Assembly: GCA_029288835.1 (NCBI GenBank)
Contig: JARIGN010000004.1
Location: 22,313 to 86,312, forward strand
Direction: 5' to 3'
Source: Candidatus Kaiserbacteria bacterium
GTDB lineage: Bacteria; Patescibacteriota; Minisyncoccia; Phycocordibacterales; Phycocordibacteraceae
Length of the DNA: 64,000 nucleotides
Shown in pieces: positions 9,518 to 19,907 of this stretch. Made by a program: the position numbers and the translations under genes. The notes below the pieces were generated by a model that saw only the letters and a list, made by a program, of their open reading frames with translations, was not told the DNA's origin and did no database searches. Within the stretch, counting starts at the first letter, position 1, and each line of letters begins with the position of its first letter.

Positions 9518-11623
9518 ATGGCAGGTTTCAAGATCCATACGCCGTTCCCTCCAGCAGGGGACCAGCCAAAAGCAATCGAGCAGCTCTCGAAGGGCGTTCG
9601 CGATGGCTTGCGGTACCAAACGCTGCTGGGCGCAACGGGCACGGGAAAGACCTACAGCATTGCAAACGTCATTAATGAGATTCAAAAGCCGACGCTCGTG
9701 ATGGCGCATAACAAGACTCTTGCGGCACAGCTTGCCCAAGAGTATTCAGAATTCTTTCCGGAGAATGCCGTGCACTATTTTGTTTCATACTACGACTACT
9801 ACCAGCCGGAAGCGTACATCGCACACTCCGACACCTACATTGAAAAAGAAGCACAGATTAATGCGGAAATAGACCGCCTGCGCCACGCTGCCACGCAGGC
9901 ACTTCTGACGCGCCAGGACGTCATCATCGTGGCTTCGGTCTCTGCTATCTATGGTCTTGGTTCTCCGGCAAATTATGAAAAAGTGCATATAAAAATTGCG
10001 AAGGGTGCAGAGGAGAATCGCGCCGCGCTCATCCGCAAGCTCGTGGGTATTTATTTCGAGCGCACCACTGCAGACCTCATGCCGGGGCATATTCGCGCGG
10101 TGGGAAATGTGGTGGAGTTTATGCCCGTGAACGAGCGTGCTATCTACCGCGTCTCTTTTACGGAAGGGGAAGCGGGTACGGTTGTTTCAGCTATCGAGCA
10201 GCTCGATCCTATTTCTCGTGCCAAAATCTCGGACCATGACTCAGTATTTGTGTTCCCGGCAAAGCACTTCGTCTCCGATGAAGCTGAGCGAACTCGTGCG
10301 CTCGCCGATATTCAGCTCGAGCTTGAAGAACGCCTTGCGCAGCTTAAGCGCGAAGAAAAGCTTCTCGAGGCAGAGCGCCTCAAGCGTCGCACGCAGCACG
10401 ACATTGCCATGATTCGCGAGATTGGCTACACCAACGGTATTGAAAACTATTCGCGTCATTTTGACGGCCGTGCACCGGGTGAGGCACCCTATACCTTGCT
10501 TTCGTATTTTCCGCACAAAAAAGATGGCACGCCCGACTTCCTCACGGTGCTCGATGAGTCCCATGTAACGGTCTCGCAAATCGGCGGCATGTATGCGGGT
10601 GACCGCTCACGCAAGGACACGCTCATAGAGTTTGGGTTCCGCCTACCTTCAGCCCGAGACAACCGCCCCCTTAAGTTTGAGGAGTTTGAGCAGCGCGTAG
10701 GCCAGCTTATCTTTACGAGTGCTACGCCTGGCGCCTATGAGAAAGAAAAAAGTGTGCCGCCGGAAGGAAAGGTGGTGGAGCAGATCATTCGCCCAACCGG
10801 TCTTATTGACCCAGAGCTTATCCTTAAGCCTATTGTCGGAAGTGAAGCTTCCGTTGATGATAAAGGAAAGGAAGTACCCGCATACCCAGGGCAAATCGCA
10901 GACTTTATCGAGGAGGCCGCTACCGTCATCAAGCGTGGCGGCCGTGCACTCGCCACCACCCTCACCAAGCAAATGGCTGAGGACCTCGCCACCTTTTTGC
11001 GCGAGCGCGGCATTAAGGCGGAATATCTCCACAGCGACGTGAAGACCATTGATCGCATCACTATTCTCACGGAGTTCCGTAAAGGCACGTTTGATATTTT
11101 GGTTGGAGTGAACCTTCTACGTGAAGGTCTTGACCTTCCGGAAGTGGAGCTCGTGGGAATCCTCGATGCAGACAAGGAAGGCTTCCTACGATCGGAAACA
11201 TCACTTATCCAGACTATTGGCCGCGCTGCACGAAACATTCTCGGGCGCGTCATCCTCTATGCTGATGTCATGACTGGCTCGATGGAGCGTGCTATCAACG
11301 AAACAAATCGTCGTCGTGCCATCCAACTTGCCTATAACAAGGAGCACAACATCACGCCTATGACGATCAAGAAGGAAATTCGCGACATTTCCGAGTCAAT
11401 GCGCAGCGAGCATGATAAGACCATTGATTCGCTTCTCACCCTTGACCAAAAGATGTATGAGGAAGACCCTGAGGCATTTATTGCGGATAAGCGTCGCCAG
11501 ATGGAGGAAGCGGTGGAGCTGCTTGATTTTGAGACGGCGGCGCTTATCCGCGATGAAATCCTTAAGCTCGAAGGAAAAGAAATCCCCGCGAAGTCAAAAA
11601 GCCGCCGTGGACGCAAACGCTAG
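9518..11623 (+). CDS. uvrB: Excinuclease ABC subunit B
   Basis: LLGATGTGKT Walker A. Helicase motifs. C-terminal UVR domain DFETAALIRDEILKLEG. Confidence 0.95.
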   Translation: MAGFKIHTPFPPAGDQPKAIEQLSKGVRDGLRYQTLLGATGTGKTYSIANVINEIQKPTLVMAHNKTLAAQLAQEYSEFFPENAVHYFVSYYDYYQPEAYIAHSDTYIEKEAQINAEIDRLRHAATQALLTRQDVIIVASVSAIYGLGSPANYEKVHIKIAKGAEENRAALIRKLVGIYFERTTADLMPGHIRAVGNVVEFMPVNERAIYRVSFTEGEAGTVVSAIEQLDPISRAKISDHDSVFVFPAKHFVSDEAERTRALADIQLELEERLAQLKREEKLLEAERLKRRTQHDIAMIREIGYTNGIENYSRHFDGRAPGEAPYTLLSYFPHKKDGTPDFLTVLDESHVTVSQIGGMYAGDRSRKDTLIEFGFRLPSARDNRPLKFEEFEQRVGQLIFTSATPGAYEKEKSVPPEGKVVEQIIRPTGLIDPELILKPIVGSEASVDDKGKEVPAYPGQIADFIEEAATVIKRGGRALATTLTKQMAEDLATFLRERGIKAEYLHSDVKTIDRITILTEFRKGTFDILVGVNLLREGLDLPEVELVGILDADKEGFLRSETSLIQTIGRAARNILGRVILYADVMTGSMERAINETNRRRAIQLAYNKEHNITPMTIKKEIRDISESMRSEHDKTIDSLLTLDQKMYEEDPEAFIADKRRQMEEAVELLDFETAALIRDEILKLEGKEIPAKSKSRRGRKR

Positions 11624-11641
11624 GGAGTATACTACATACTA

Positions 11642-12754
11642 ATGAGCCTCGGACTGATTCTCGCCGTTCTTATGCTCGTCATACTGGCGGGCTCTGCTGG
11701 CCTTTTGTATTACACCTCCGTCTTTATTCAGTCCCATCTTGCTCTCTTCATTCCTGATACGAGCAGTGCAGAATATGCGGCTATCCACCAACTTTTCATC
11801 CAACAAATTGCCCTCGTAGGCATAGGAGAGATACTTATTGTCCTTCTTGCCTTTATTTTGATTGGGTCACTTGTCGTGAGCCCACTCCGTCAGCTCGCGA
11901 AAGCTATTGCCAATTTTACTGAAGACTTTACCGTTGCACTCCCGCCGTTCTCGGGTATGGTGCCGAGCGAAGTACATTCTATTGCTGCCGCATTCCAAAC
12001 TTTCTCTGCACGCGTATCTGAAGCGCATCAAAAAGATCAAGAGATATCTCGCGTAAAATCAGACTTTATTTCAACCGTGGCGCACCAGCTCCGCACACCC
12101 CTCACGGGAATTCGCTGGGCACTTGAAGCCCTCGAAAAGGAGCCAATCACTCCTGAGCAGCTTCAGATTGTGGAAAGCGCGGTAACCAAAAGCCACGATT
12201 TAGTCGCGATTGTGGGGACCTTGCTTGATATCTCAAGCATCGAGTCAGGTAAGTTTAAATATGCATTTGTCCAATTTGACCTAAGCGAGCTCGTATCCGA
12301 GGTAGCAAAAGATTTGGAACCTATGGCCCAGAAAGCAGGTATCACTTTTTATTATGCAAAAGAAGAGGCACCGCTTCCCCTCGTGTATGGAGACCGAGAC
12401 AGGCTGAAGTGGGTGCTCAATAACCTCGTTGAGAATGCTATCCGATATACGCCGTCACCGGGAAGTGTGCATATAAGCACAGACGCAACAGCGTTACGCG
12501 TAAATGTGCGTGTGCGTGACACGGGTATAGGGATCCAGGAAGAAGACAAGGGTAATATTTTTGAACGTTTTTATCGGGGAGAAAATGCTCGCGCAAAGGA
12601 AAACCAGGGAAATGGCTTGGGGCTTTATATTGCGCGCACAATAGCTAAAGACCATGGGGGAGATCTTAATTTCATGGCAAATGAAGAAGGACCTGGCACA
12701 ACCTTTGTCCTTTCGCTTCCTGTGGCTAGTGAAGTTGCAGGGCAGGGAATGTAG
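11642..12754 (+). CDS. Sensor histidine kinase (2 TM, HisKA + HATPase_c)
   Basis: H-box SDFISTVAHQLRTPLTGI. N/G boxes NLVENAIRYT and DTGIGI. Confidence 0.8.
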   Translation: MSLGLILAVLMLVILAGSAGLLYYTSVFIQSHLALFIPDTSSAEYAAIHQLFIQQIALVGIGEILIVLLAFILIGSLVVSPLRQLAKAIANFTEDFTVALPPFSGMVPSEVHSIAAAFQTFSARVSEAHQKDQEISRVKSDFISTVAHQLRTPLTGIRWALEALEKEPITPEQLQIVESAVTKSHDLVAIVGTLLDISSIESGKFKYAFVQFDLSELVSEVAKDLEPMAQKAGITFYYAKEEAPLPLVYGDRDRLKWVLNNLVENAIRYTPSPGSVHISTDATALRVNVRVRDTGIGIQEEDKGNIFERFYRGENARAKENQGNGLGLYIARTIAKDHGGDLNFMANEEGPGTTFVLSLPVASEVAGQGM

Positions 12755-12766
12755 TATACTTGAGCT

Positions 12767-13204
12767 ATGAACAACGACTTTATCCTGATTGTGGAAGACG
12801 ACCCTGTGTTGCGGAATTTGCTCGGTAGAACCCTCGGAACTACGTATCCCGTCTTTTATGCATCAGATGGCCAGGAAGCTCTTGATTTCTTTGAACAGCA
12901 TAAGCCTTCACTCGTGCTTCTTGATCTTATGCTTCCTACCGTAGACGGGTTTGCCGTGCTCCAAAACATTCGCAGCCGTACTGATGAAACAAAAAATGTT
13001 CCGGTCATTATTGTCTCCAACCTTGGCCAGGAGAAAGATAAGGAGCGTGCAATTTCCCTTGGAGCAAACGAGTATCTTGTAAAGGCTGAAGTATCAATCG
13101 AAGACATCATTGCAAAGATGCAGGAAAAGCTAAAGGCACATGCGGGCGTCGCATCAGCACCTGAAGCAGACATAACACCTACTGCAGAGCCTGAAGCTTC
13201 ATAA
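12767..13204 (+). CDS. Response regulator, receiver domain only (CheY-like)
   Basis: ILIVEDD...LLDLMLPTVDGF...KA receiver motifs. No output domain. Confidence 0.8.
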   Translation: MNNDFILIVEDDPVLRNLLGRTLGTTYPVFYASDGQEALDFFEQHKPSLVLLDLMLPTVDGFAVLQNIRSRTDETKNVPVIIVSNLGQEKDKERAISLGANEYLVKAEVSIEDIIAKMQEKLKAHAGVASAPEADITPTAEPEAS

Positions 13205-13297
13205 GAATGAAGTGGCAGCCTATGCTGCTTACTGATATACTACTTTAGTACCTGTCCCGCCACGGACAGGCATTCCGCTATCTAAGACCATCGAGTC

Positions 13298-16069
13298 ATG
13301 GCTAAAGAAAAAGAATCTGCAAAAAATAAGCATGAGCAGCACCAAGGCGCGAGTTGGATCGGCGTTAAGGGGGCACGTACCCATAATTTAAAAAACATTA
13401 GCGTCGACATTCCGCGCGGCGTTATGACCGTGCTCACCGGCCTTTCTGGCTCAGGAAAGTCCTCGCTCGCGTTTGACACTATTTTCGCTGAAGGACAGCG
13501 CCGCTATGTGGAGTCTCTTTCTGCCTATGCCCGCCAGTTCTTGAACCAGATGCAGAAGCCTGACGTGGACGAGATTACCGGGCTTTCCCCTGCTATTTCC
13601 ATAGACCAAAAAAGCCGCTCCAATAACCCGCGCTCGACCGTAGCGACCGTCACTGAAATATACGACTACCTGCGCGTGCTCTATGCCCGTGCTGGCCAGC
13701 CATACTGCGTGAACCATGACGTGCCAATTTCCAAGCTTTCAAAGGAAGAAATGATCAATATTATTTGGAGAAAAGTCTCTGAAAAGACTGGAGAAGCAAA
13801 CGCGAAGGATGTGGCTGCCAAAGAGCAGGCAGAAGCGTCAGGTACCAAGACTAAAGTGATGGGCGTGGAGTTTGACCGTAGTACCGTGACTATTCTGGCT
13901 CCCGTTGTGGTCGGCCGTAAAGGCGAATACTATCAGCTCCTCTACGACCTCCTCGGGAAAGGCTTTGAAAAGGTTATGGTAGACGGGAAGACGCAGTCAT
14001 TGCGCGAGAAAATCGTGCTCGATAGAAACAAGCGGCACGATATTGATGCCGTGGTAGATACTATTTTTGTTACGGAATTTGTGCGCAGCCCAGACGCAGC
14101 GCGGGAGCGCCTTTCTGAAGCGCTCGAGCTCGCACTCAAGGAAAGCGACGGCCTTGTGAAGATCATCCATGCCGATGGTTCACCAGAAACACTATCTGCA
14201 AAGTTTATTTGTCCCGAAGACGGCATGTCCTTCCCCGAGGTGGAGCCGCGCCTTTTCTCCTTCAATAGCCCGTACGGCGCCTGCCCAAGCTGTAACGGCC
14301 TCGGAACAAAGTCTTTCTTTTCTGATGAGCCATGCCCGGTGTGTCATGGGCTTCGCCTCCGTGAAGAAGCGCTTCGTGTGTATTTGAAGGGCAAAAGCTC
14401 TGGGAAAGTGGCAAAGAAAGTGGCGAAAAGCGATAAGAAAGACGAGGACAAAAACTATGACCATAATGGTCTTGGAAAAAATATTGTGGATTTCACCGGG
14501 CTTTCTATTAAAGAAGCGAAAGAATTTATAAACGAGCTCGACCTCAGCGATTTCCGCATGGAAATCGCTGCACCGATGATTCGCGAAATCGAAAGCCGCC
14601 TCGATTTCATGCTTAATGTCGGCCTCGACTATCTGAGCCTTAACCGCTCGGCAGCAACGCTCTCAGGAGGAGAGTCACAACGCATCCGCCTTGCGTCACA
14701 GCTTGGCACCGGGCTTGTGGGTGCGCTCTATGTGCTCGACGAGCCAACTATCGGCCTCCACCAGCGTGACAATGATCGCCTCATCCAAACGCTCCTTACA
14801 CTCAAGGAGCTTGGGAACACGATTCTCGTTGTCGAACACGATGAAGACACCATCTATTCTTCAGACTATATAGTGGATATTGGACCAGGTGCAGGCGTAC
14901 ATGGAGGAAGTGTGGTCGCGAGTGGATGGCTTGATGACTTGCTCACCGCGCCAAAAAATGAAAGTGGCTCCGTGACCCTTTCGTACCTGCGTGGTGAAAA
15001 AGAAATTCCGATTCCTGAGGAGCGTCGCACAGGTGAAAAGGGCAGCATCAAGATCCGCGGAGCAACACTGCACAACCTGCACAACCAAAACATTGACGTG
15101 CCGCTTGGAAAGCTCGTGTGTATCACGGGTGTGTCAGGCTCTGGAAAGTCTACCTTCCTGTATGACATCCTGCACAAAAACGTAGCAGCACGCATGAGCA
15201 AGCGTGAGTCGGAGGTAGTGAATTGTGCCTCTATGACCGGCACCGAGTACATTGGCCGTGTCATCCTTATGGACCAGTCTGCTATCGGTCGTACCCCGCG
15301 CTCAAACCCTGCCACGTACACCGGTGCCTTCACGCACATTCGAGACCTGCTCGCTGCCACCAGTGAAGCTCGTGCGCGTGGCTGGAAGCCTGGACGCTTC
15401 TCCTTCAATGTGCCCGGCGGACGCTGCGAAGCGTGCCAAGGAAACGGCGTTATAGCGGTGGAGATGCATTTCCTCCCGACCGTCTACGTAACTTGCGACG
15501 TCTGTAACGGTACGCGCTTCATGAAAGAAACGCTTGAGGCAACGTATCGCGGAAAAAATATCTATGAAATTCTTCAAATGACCATTGAAGAAGCAGAGGT
15601 ATTCTTTAAGGAAATTCCTGCCATCAATGAGCGTCTCGAGACACTAAACGCAACCGGTCTCCAGTACCTCACTCTCGGCCAAAGTGCGACGACTCTTTCT
15701 GGAGGTGAAGCGCAGCGCGTAAAGATCGCTTCTGAGCTGTATCGTCCCACCACGATGAAGACGCTGTACCTTCTCGACGAGCCAACCGTCGGTCTTCACT
15801 ACGAAGATGTGCGAAAGCTCATTGAGATCTTGCAAGAGCTCGTCCGCCGTGGGAATACGGTGGTGGTGATCGAGCACAACCTTGATGTGATTAAGTGCGC
15901 GGACTATCTCATCGACTTTGGTCCTGAAGGCGGCGTGCACGGCGGAAAAGTTATTGCAAAAGGAACTCCCGAAGAGGTTGCAGAAACGGAGGGCTCCTTT
16001 ACCGGCGAGTATCTCTCAAAAGTATTTAAGAAAGCAAAACAGTCGAAGCAGTCAAAAGCGAAAAAGTAG
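13298..16069 (+). CDS. uvrA: Excinuclease ABC subunit A
   Basis: Two ABC ATPase modules (GLSGSGKSS and GVSGSGKST; LSGGE signature twice). Zn fingers CPSCNGLG...CPVCHG and CEACQGNG...CDVCNG. Confidence 0.95.
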   Translation: MAKEKESAKNKHEQHQGASWIGVKGARTHNLKNISVDIPRGVMTVLTGLSGSGKSSLAFDTIFAEGQRRYVESLSAYARQFLNQMQKPDVDEITGLSPAISIDQKSRSNNPRSTVATVTEIYDYLRVLYARAGQPYCVNHDVPISKLSKEEMINIIWRKVSEKTGEANAKDVAAKEQAEASGTKTKVMGVEFDRSTVTILAPVVVGRKGEYYQLLYDLLGKGFEKVMVDGKTQSLREKIVLDRNKRHDIDAVVDTIFVTEFVRSPDAARERLSEALELALKESDGLVKIIHADGSPETLSAKFICPEDGMSFPEVEPRLFSFNSPYGACPSCNGLGTKSFFSDEPCPVCHGLRLREEALRVYLKGKSSGKVAKKVAKSDKKDEDKNYDHNGLGKNIVDFTGLSIKEAKEFINELDLSDFRMEIAAPMIREIESRLDFMLNVGLDYLSLNRSAATLSGGESQRIRLASQLGTGLVGALYVLDEPTIGLHQRDNDRLIQTLLTLKELGNTILVVEHDEDTIYSSDYIVDIGPGAGVHGGSVVASGWLDDLLTAPKNESGSVTLSYLRGEKEIPIPEERRTGEKGSIKIRGATLHNLHNQNIDVPLGKLVCITGVSGSGKSTFLYDILHKNVAARMSKRESEVVNCASMTGTEYIGRVILMDQSAIGRTPRSNPATYTGAFTHIRDLLAATSEARARGWKPGRFSFNVPGGRCEACQGNGVIAVEMHFLPTVYVTCDVCNGTRFMKETLEATYRGKNIYEILQMTIEEAEVFFKEIPAINERLETLNATGLQYLTLGQSATTLSGGEAQRVKIASELYRPTTMKTLYLLDEPTVGLHYEDVRKLIEILQELVRRGNTVVVIEHNLDVIKCADYLIDFGPEGGVHGGKVIAKGTPEEVAETEGSFTGEYLSKVFKKAKQSKQSKAKK

Positions 16070-16108
16070 GGCGAAAGGCAGTAGCGAGTGTAGAGTAATG
16101 CCTAAAAG

Positions 16109-16136
16109 AAAACAGCTCCGTCTCCGAAGCTGTTTT
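16109..16136 (+). terminator. Hairpin downstream of uvrA (aaaacagct...agctgtttt)
   Basis: ~10-bp stem. The T-run is partly inside the stem. Confidence 0.4.
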
Positions 16137-16158
16137 CCCGTCATCGCATTGGGTTTAC

Positions 16159-16280
16159 CATGACCACCCTGAGTACCTTTATGATACTCCCGGTAAAATT
16201 CATGTCAACTAGCCAAAGTATAACTACTGGCGCTGGCGTGAGGCACGACCCCCAATGACTTACTTCTCAGGGTGGTCATG
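16159..16280. repeat. Perfect 15-bp inverted repeat (catgaccaccctgag / ctcagggtggtcatg) flanking a 92-nt spacer in the uvrA-uvrC intergenic region
   Basis: Seen directly at 16159-16173 and 16266-16280. No ORF lies between them. Confidence 0.6.
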
Positions 16281-16425
16281 CGGTCATTCCGCCGCCAGCA
16301 GTACAAGCCTATCAAGTAGCGATGAGATAAAAGTAAAAAATATATCAAATAACGCTGAGTTTTTGACAAAATCATATTAGTAATGAGTATTCAACTTCGT
16401 ATTATAATAAAATATAGCTTTATTC

Positions 16426-17796
16426 ATGCAGAAAACTGATTTAGCAAAATTTGATTTGCCTGACTGCCCGGGCGTGTACCTTTTCACCCATGGCAAAGGT
16501 AAAAGTAAGAAAGTCCTGTATGTAGGGAAGGCTACTTCCTTGCGTGACCGTGTGCGTTCGTACTTTGATGATGACCTTATAGCCACGCGTGGCCCACGCC
16601 TTGTGGATATGGTGACGCGCGCCGATGGCATTATGCATGAGACGACACCGACAGTACTTGAAGCGCTTGTACGTGAAGCTGCGCTCATCCGCTACTACAA
16701 CCCACCGGCGAATTCCATGGGCAAGGATGATAAGTCATTTCTGTATGCCGTTATCACTGATGAGCAGATACCGCGGATTCTCGCTATTCGTGGCACGGAG
16801 ATAGACTTCGAGAAAAAGCTGACGACAAGCGCATACGTCCAATCTGCCTCAAGCAAAGTACTTAAACTCAAAGCTATCTATGGGCCGTTTCCTTCCGGAT
16901 ACCAGCTGCGCGAAGGTCTTCGCCTTATTCGCCGCATCTTTCCGTTTTATGACACCAACAGGTCCATTGAGGAGATTGCGACCGGTCGCAATAAGCATGT
17001 GCAGGCAAATGTGGAGTTCAAGCGCCAGATAGGATTGTATCCGCGGAATATGGATCGCAAAGAATATCTACGATCTATTCGTAATGTTGGCCTCTTTCTT
17101 TCCGGGCGCATCAAAACACTTCGCACCACTCTCACTGCTGAAATGAAGCAAGCTGCTAAAGAGGAGCGCTTCGAAGATGCAGGGGAGATTCGTCGGCAGC
17201 TTTTTGCCCTCGACCATATTCAGGACGTGTCGCTCATTAAGGAAGACTGGAACAAAGGAAAGGAAGCGCCACGAATTGAAGCCTATGACACCGCGCACCT
17301 CGCCGGCAGCAATGCTATTGGCGTGATGACCGTGGTGGAGAATGGCATGCCACTCAAGAAGGAATACCGCACTTTCCGTATTCGCGGGTATATGCAGAAA
17401 GAACCTAAAAAAAAGGTTGATGCAACCAAGGCAGGCGAGTCCGCTAAGAAAACAGGCAAGGAGGTGAAGAGGATGAACGACGACATTGCTTCCCTTAAGG
17501 AAATCCTTTCCCGTAGGCTTGGGCATCCAGAGTGGCCAATGCCACGTGCCATCATTGTAGATGGTGGCAAGACGCACAAGAAGGCCGCTGAGACGGTGCT
17601 TGCTGAGCTTGGGATCGGTATACCAGTCGTGGCCGTGGTGAAGGATGAAAAGCATCGGCCGCGGGAAGTGATCGGCTCGCTTCGTGCGGGAATCAGTGAT
17701 GCTGATGCCGTCCTTGCAAATTCCGAAGCCCACCGCTTTTCCATAACCCTTCATCGTAAGGCACGTTCACGCTCTATGCGGTCTTCAGTCACATAA
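16426..17796 (+). CDS. uvrC: Excinuclease ABC subunit C, short form lacking the C-terminal (HhH)2 domain
   Basis: GIY-YIG (GVYLFTHGKGKSKKVLYVGKATSLRDRVRSYF). UVR motif. RNase-H-like endonuclease region EAYDTAHLAGSNAIGVMTVV. Only 456 aa. Confidence 0.85.
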   Translation: MQKTDLAKFDLPDCPGVYLFTHGKGKSKKVLYVGKATSLRDRVRSYFDDDLIATRGPRLVDMVTRADGIMHETTPTVLEALVREAALIRYYNPPANSMGKDDKSFLYAVITDEQIPRILAIRGTEIDFEKKLTTSAYVQSASSKVLKLKAIYGPFPSGYQLREGLRLIRRIFPFYDTNRSIEEIATGRNKHVQANVEFKRQIGLYPRNMDRKEYLRSIRNVGLFLSGRIKTLRTTLTAEMKQAAKEERFEDAGEIRRQLFALDHIQDVSLIKEDWNKGKEAPRIEAYDTAHLAGSNAIGVMTVVENGMPLKKEYRTFRIRGYMQKEPKKKVDATKAGESAKKTGKEVKRMNDDIASLKEILSRRLGHPEWPMPRAIIVDGGKTHKKAAETVLAELGIGIPVVAVVKDEKHRPREVIGSLRAGISDADAVLANSEAHRFSITLHRKARSRSMRSSVT

Positions 17797-17814
17797 GTCT
17801 GGTATACTTGAAGC

Positions 17815-18819
17815 ATGTACGGCACCGTTGTCGGCGTTCTTCGAGGAGGTACTTCAGGCGAGCATGATATCTCGCTTAAGAGCGGGCATGCTGTGGTGGC
17901 AAATCTTCCGCGCGATAAGTACACGGTTAAGGATATCTATATAGACAAGGAAGGGAGTTGGCATGAGCGCGGCAAGCCTTCTACTCCTGCGGATATTTTG
18001 CGCTCGGTTGATGTGGTCCTCAGCACGCTCCATGGCGCCTATGGTGAAAGCGGCGAGCTCCAGCGCATGCTTGAGCAGTTTTCCGTGCCGTATGTCGGTG
18101 CTGACCCACTCAATTCCTATTTTGCGCTTCACAAAGTCCTCTCAAAGGAGAAAGCACGGGAGGTTGGCATCAAAACGCCCAAGTATATGTGGGTGCAGAT
18201 GGGTTCCGATGTAGGGAAGATTTCCTATGACATTATTCGTAACCTGCAGCAGCCGGTCGTGTTAAAGCCCGTCACCGGCGGCTCATCGCTTGGCATTAGT
18301 ATGGCGGGCGGTTATGCGCAGGTACACACCGCTCTTGCAAAGCTTTTGGAAGAAAGTGATGTGCTCGTTGAGGAACGAGTATGGGGTACTGAAGCGACGG
18401 TCGGTGTTGTGGAGAATTTTCGGGACGAAAAGCTTTATGCGCTACCTCCTATAGAAATTATTCCACCGCAAGGCGATTTCTTTTCGTATGAGGCGAAATA
18501 TACCGGCAAAAGCATTGAGCGTGTGCCCGGATATTTTTCTAAAGAAATACAGGAAGAGCTGGTGCACGCAGCCCGACGCATGCATGAAGCGCTTGGGCAG
18601 CGGCATTATTCTCGCTCAGACTTTATTGTGACCAAAAAGGGCATTTATTTCCTCGAGCTTAATAGCGCCGTAGCATGCGGTCTCACCAAGGAATCACTTT
18701 TCCCGAAAGCGCTTGCGTCGGTCGGCGTGCAGTTTCCTGATTTTCTTTCGCACATCATTGACCGCGCGATGATAAAAAGCAAGCCGCTTTTTAGCCATAG
18801 TGAATGGCAGATTGCGTAA
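17815..18819 (+). CDS. ddl: D-alanine--D-alanine ligase
   Basis: ATP-grasp motifs. VLSTLHGAYGESGELQRMLE. FLELNSAVACGLTKESL. Confidence 0.85.
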   Translation: MYGTVVGVLRGGTSGEHDISLKSGHAVVANLPRDKYTVKDIYIDKEGSWHERGKPSTPADILRSVDVVLSTLHGAYGESGELQRMLEQFSVPYVGADPLNSYFALHKVLSKEKAREVGIKTPKYMWVQMGSDVGKISYDIIRNLQQPVVLKPVTGGSSLGISMAGGYAQVHTALAKLLEESDVLVEERVWGTEATVGVVENFRDEKLYALPPIEIIPPQGDFFSYEAKYTGKSIERVPGYFSKEIQEELVHAARRMHEALGQRHYSRSDFIVTKKGIYFLELNSAVACGLTKESLFPKALASVGVQFPDFLSHIIDRAMIKSKPLFSHSEWQIA

Positions 18820-18823
18820 GTAT

Positions 18824-19162
18824 ATGTCTGAACTACTTTCAAAAAAGTGCATTCCATGTGAAGGCGGCACATTGCCACTTTCGCCTGAGCAGGCTGCAGA
18901 GTTGCACACACAAATTCCCGACTGGCAAATTGCTGAAGAGGGAGGCATGCCGAAGAAAATTACGAGAAGCTGGAAATTTGCGGACTTTGCGGAGGCTCTC
19001 GCTTTTGCAAATAAAGTAGGAGCCTTAGCCGAAGAAGAAGGCCACCATCCAGATTTGCTCGTGTCCTGGGGCAAGGTTGGCGTGGAGCTCTCAACACATT
19101 CAATAGGAGGCCTTTCTGAAAACGACTTTATTATAGCCGCAAAAATAGACGCACTTTCGTAG
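18824..19162 (+). CDS. Pterin-4a-carbinolamine dehydratase (PCD/DCoH family)
   Basis: EEGHHPDL...WGKV...STHSIGGLSENDFIIAAKID motif set. Confidence 0.75.
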   Translation: MSELLSKKCIPCEGGTLPLSPEQAAELHTQIPDWQIAEEGGMPKKITRSWKFADFAEALAFANKVGALAEEEGHHPDLLVSWGKVGVELSTHSIGGLSENDFIIAAKIDALS

Positions 19163-19267
19163 CTGGCAAGTTTCGGGACCACAGGGCAGATCTACCGGTG
19201 AGGTGTAGACAATTTTTCCCTTGCCATGCTATAGTTTTTTGACCATCAGCGGCAACGCCGATACGAT

Positions 19268-19340
19268 GGGCCGTTAGCTCAGTTGGTAGAGCATCTCATT
19301 TGCAATGAGAGGGTCGCAGGTTCGAATCCTGTACGGTCCA
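19268..19340 (+). tRNA. tRNA-Cys (anticodon GCA), no encoded CCA
   Basis: Folded by hand: 7-bp acceptor GGGCCGT/ACGGTCC; D-arm GCTCAGTTGGTAGAGC; anticodon stem CTCAT/ATGAG with loop TTGCAAT; T-arm GCAGGTTCGAATCCTGT. Confidence 0.85.
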
Positions 19341-19347
19341 CAAAAGT

Positions 19348-19376
19348 TTGACAAATTTATAAATAAGTATTAATTT
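19348..19376 (+). promoter_or_regulatory. Promoter-like TTGACA-17 nt-TAATTT immediately downstream of tRNA-Cys
   Basis: TTGACA at 19348-19353. An AGGAG RBS precedes the ATG at 19398. Confidence 0.4.
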
Positions 19377-19397
19377 ATCTTCGGCTGAACACAGGAG

Positions 19398-19829
19398 TTG
19401 CCGCCAATGCTTTACCCAGACCGCCTGGGTAACTCTAGGCGAAAGGCTCGACCCAGTTATGCCGAAAGGCGTGAGTGGGGAAGGGAGGCAGAGGAGCGTT
19501 TTTTTCGAATCTGCGCAGAAAGCTTGCGCACGGACAAGCTTCCCGAGTGGGTAGAAAGTGTACGTGAAGCCACTGTCGAGGAAGACCATCAAGGCATTGA
19601 TGCGTGGCTTCTCACTAGTGATCCTTTTTATATTCCTATTAATGTAAAGCGTTCGATTCAATCCGGCCGCGCTAGTAGGCGGCGGCAGTGGAACACTCGC
19701 TCACTTCGAGACCGGCGAAAAGACATAGTGGAAGTAGTAGCCTCTCCACATGCCTCTGATGAAGCGATTCTGGGCCAAATAATAAGAAAAATAGAGAAAT
19801 GGCGCCGTACCTACGGGTACATCCGCTAA
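19398..19829 (+). CDS. Hypothetical protein (143 aa), Arg-rich
   Basis: ORF with good RBS. No known motif. Confidence 0.5.
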   Translation: MPPMLYPDRLGNSRRKARPSYAERREWGREAEERFFRICAESLRTDKLPEWVESVREATVEEDHQGIDAWLLTSDPFYIPINVKRSIQSGRASRRRQWNTRSLRDRRKDIVEVVASPHASDEAILGQIIRKIEKWRRTYGYIR

Positions 19830-19907
19830 AATAACCGCCCAGGCGGTTATTTTTATAAACTTGACAATTATGAATTTAAATGCTATTTTTTCTATAGACA
19901 TCCTCAT

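Noticed and set aside
16141-16300. RNase P RNA, tmRNA or SRP RNA in the uvrA-uvrC gap
   Set aside because: I looked for the universal RNase P boxes (GGAAAGUCCGG, ACAGAAAGU), a tmRNA tag reading frame with a CCA-like 3' end, and the SRP GGAAGCAGC apical motif. None is present. I kept it only as an unexplained inverted-repeat element.
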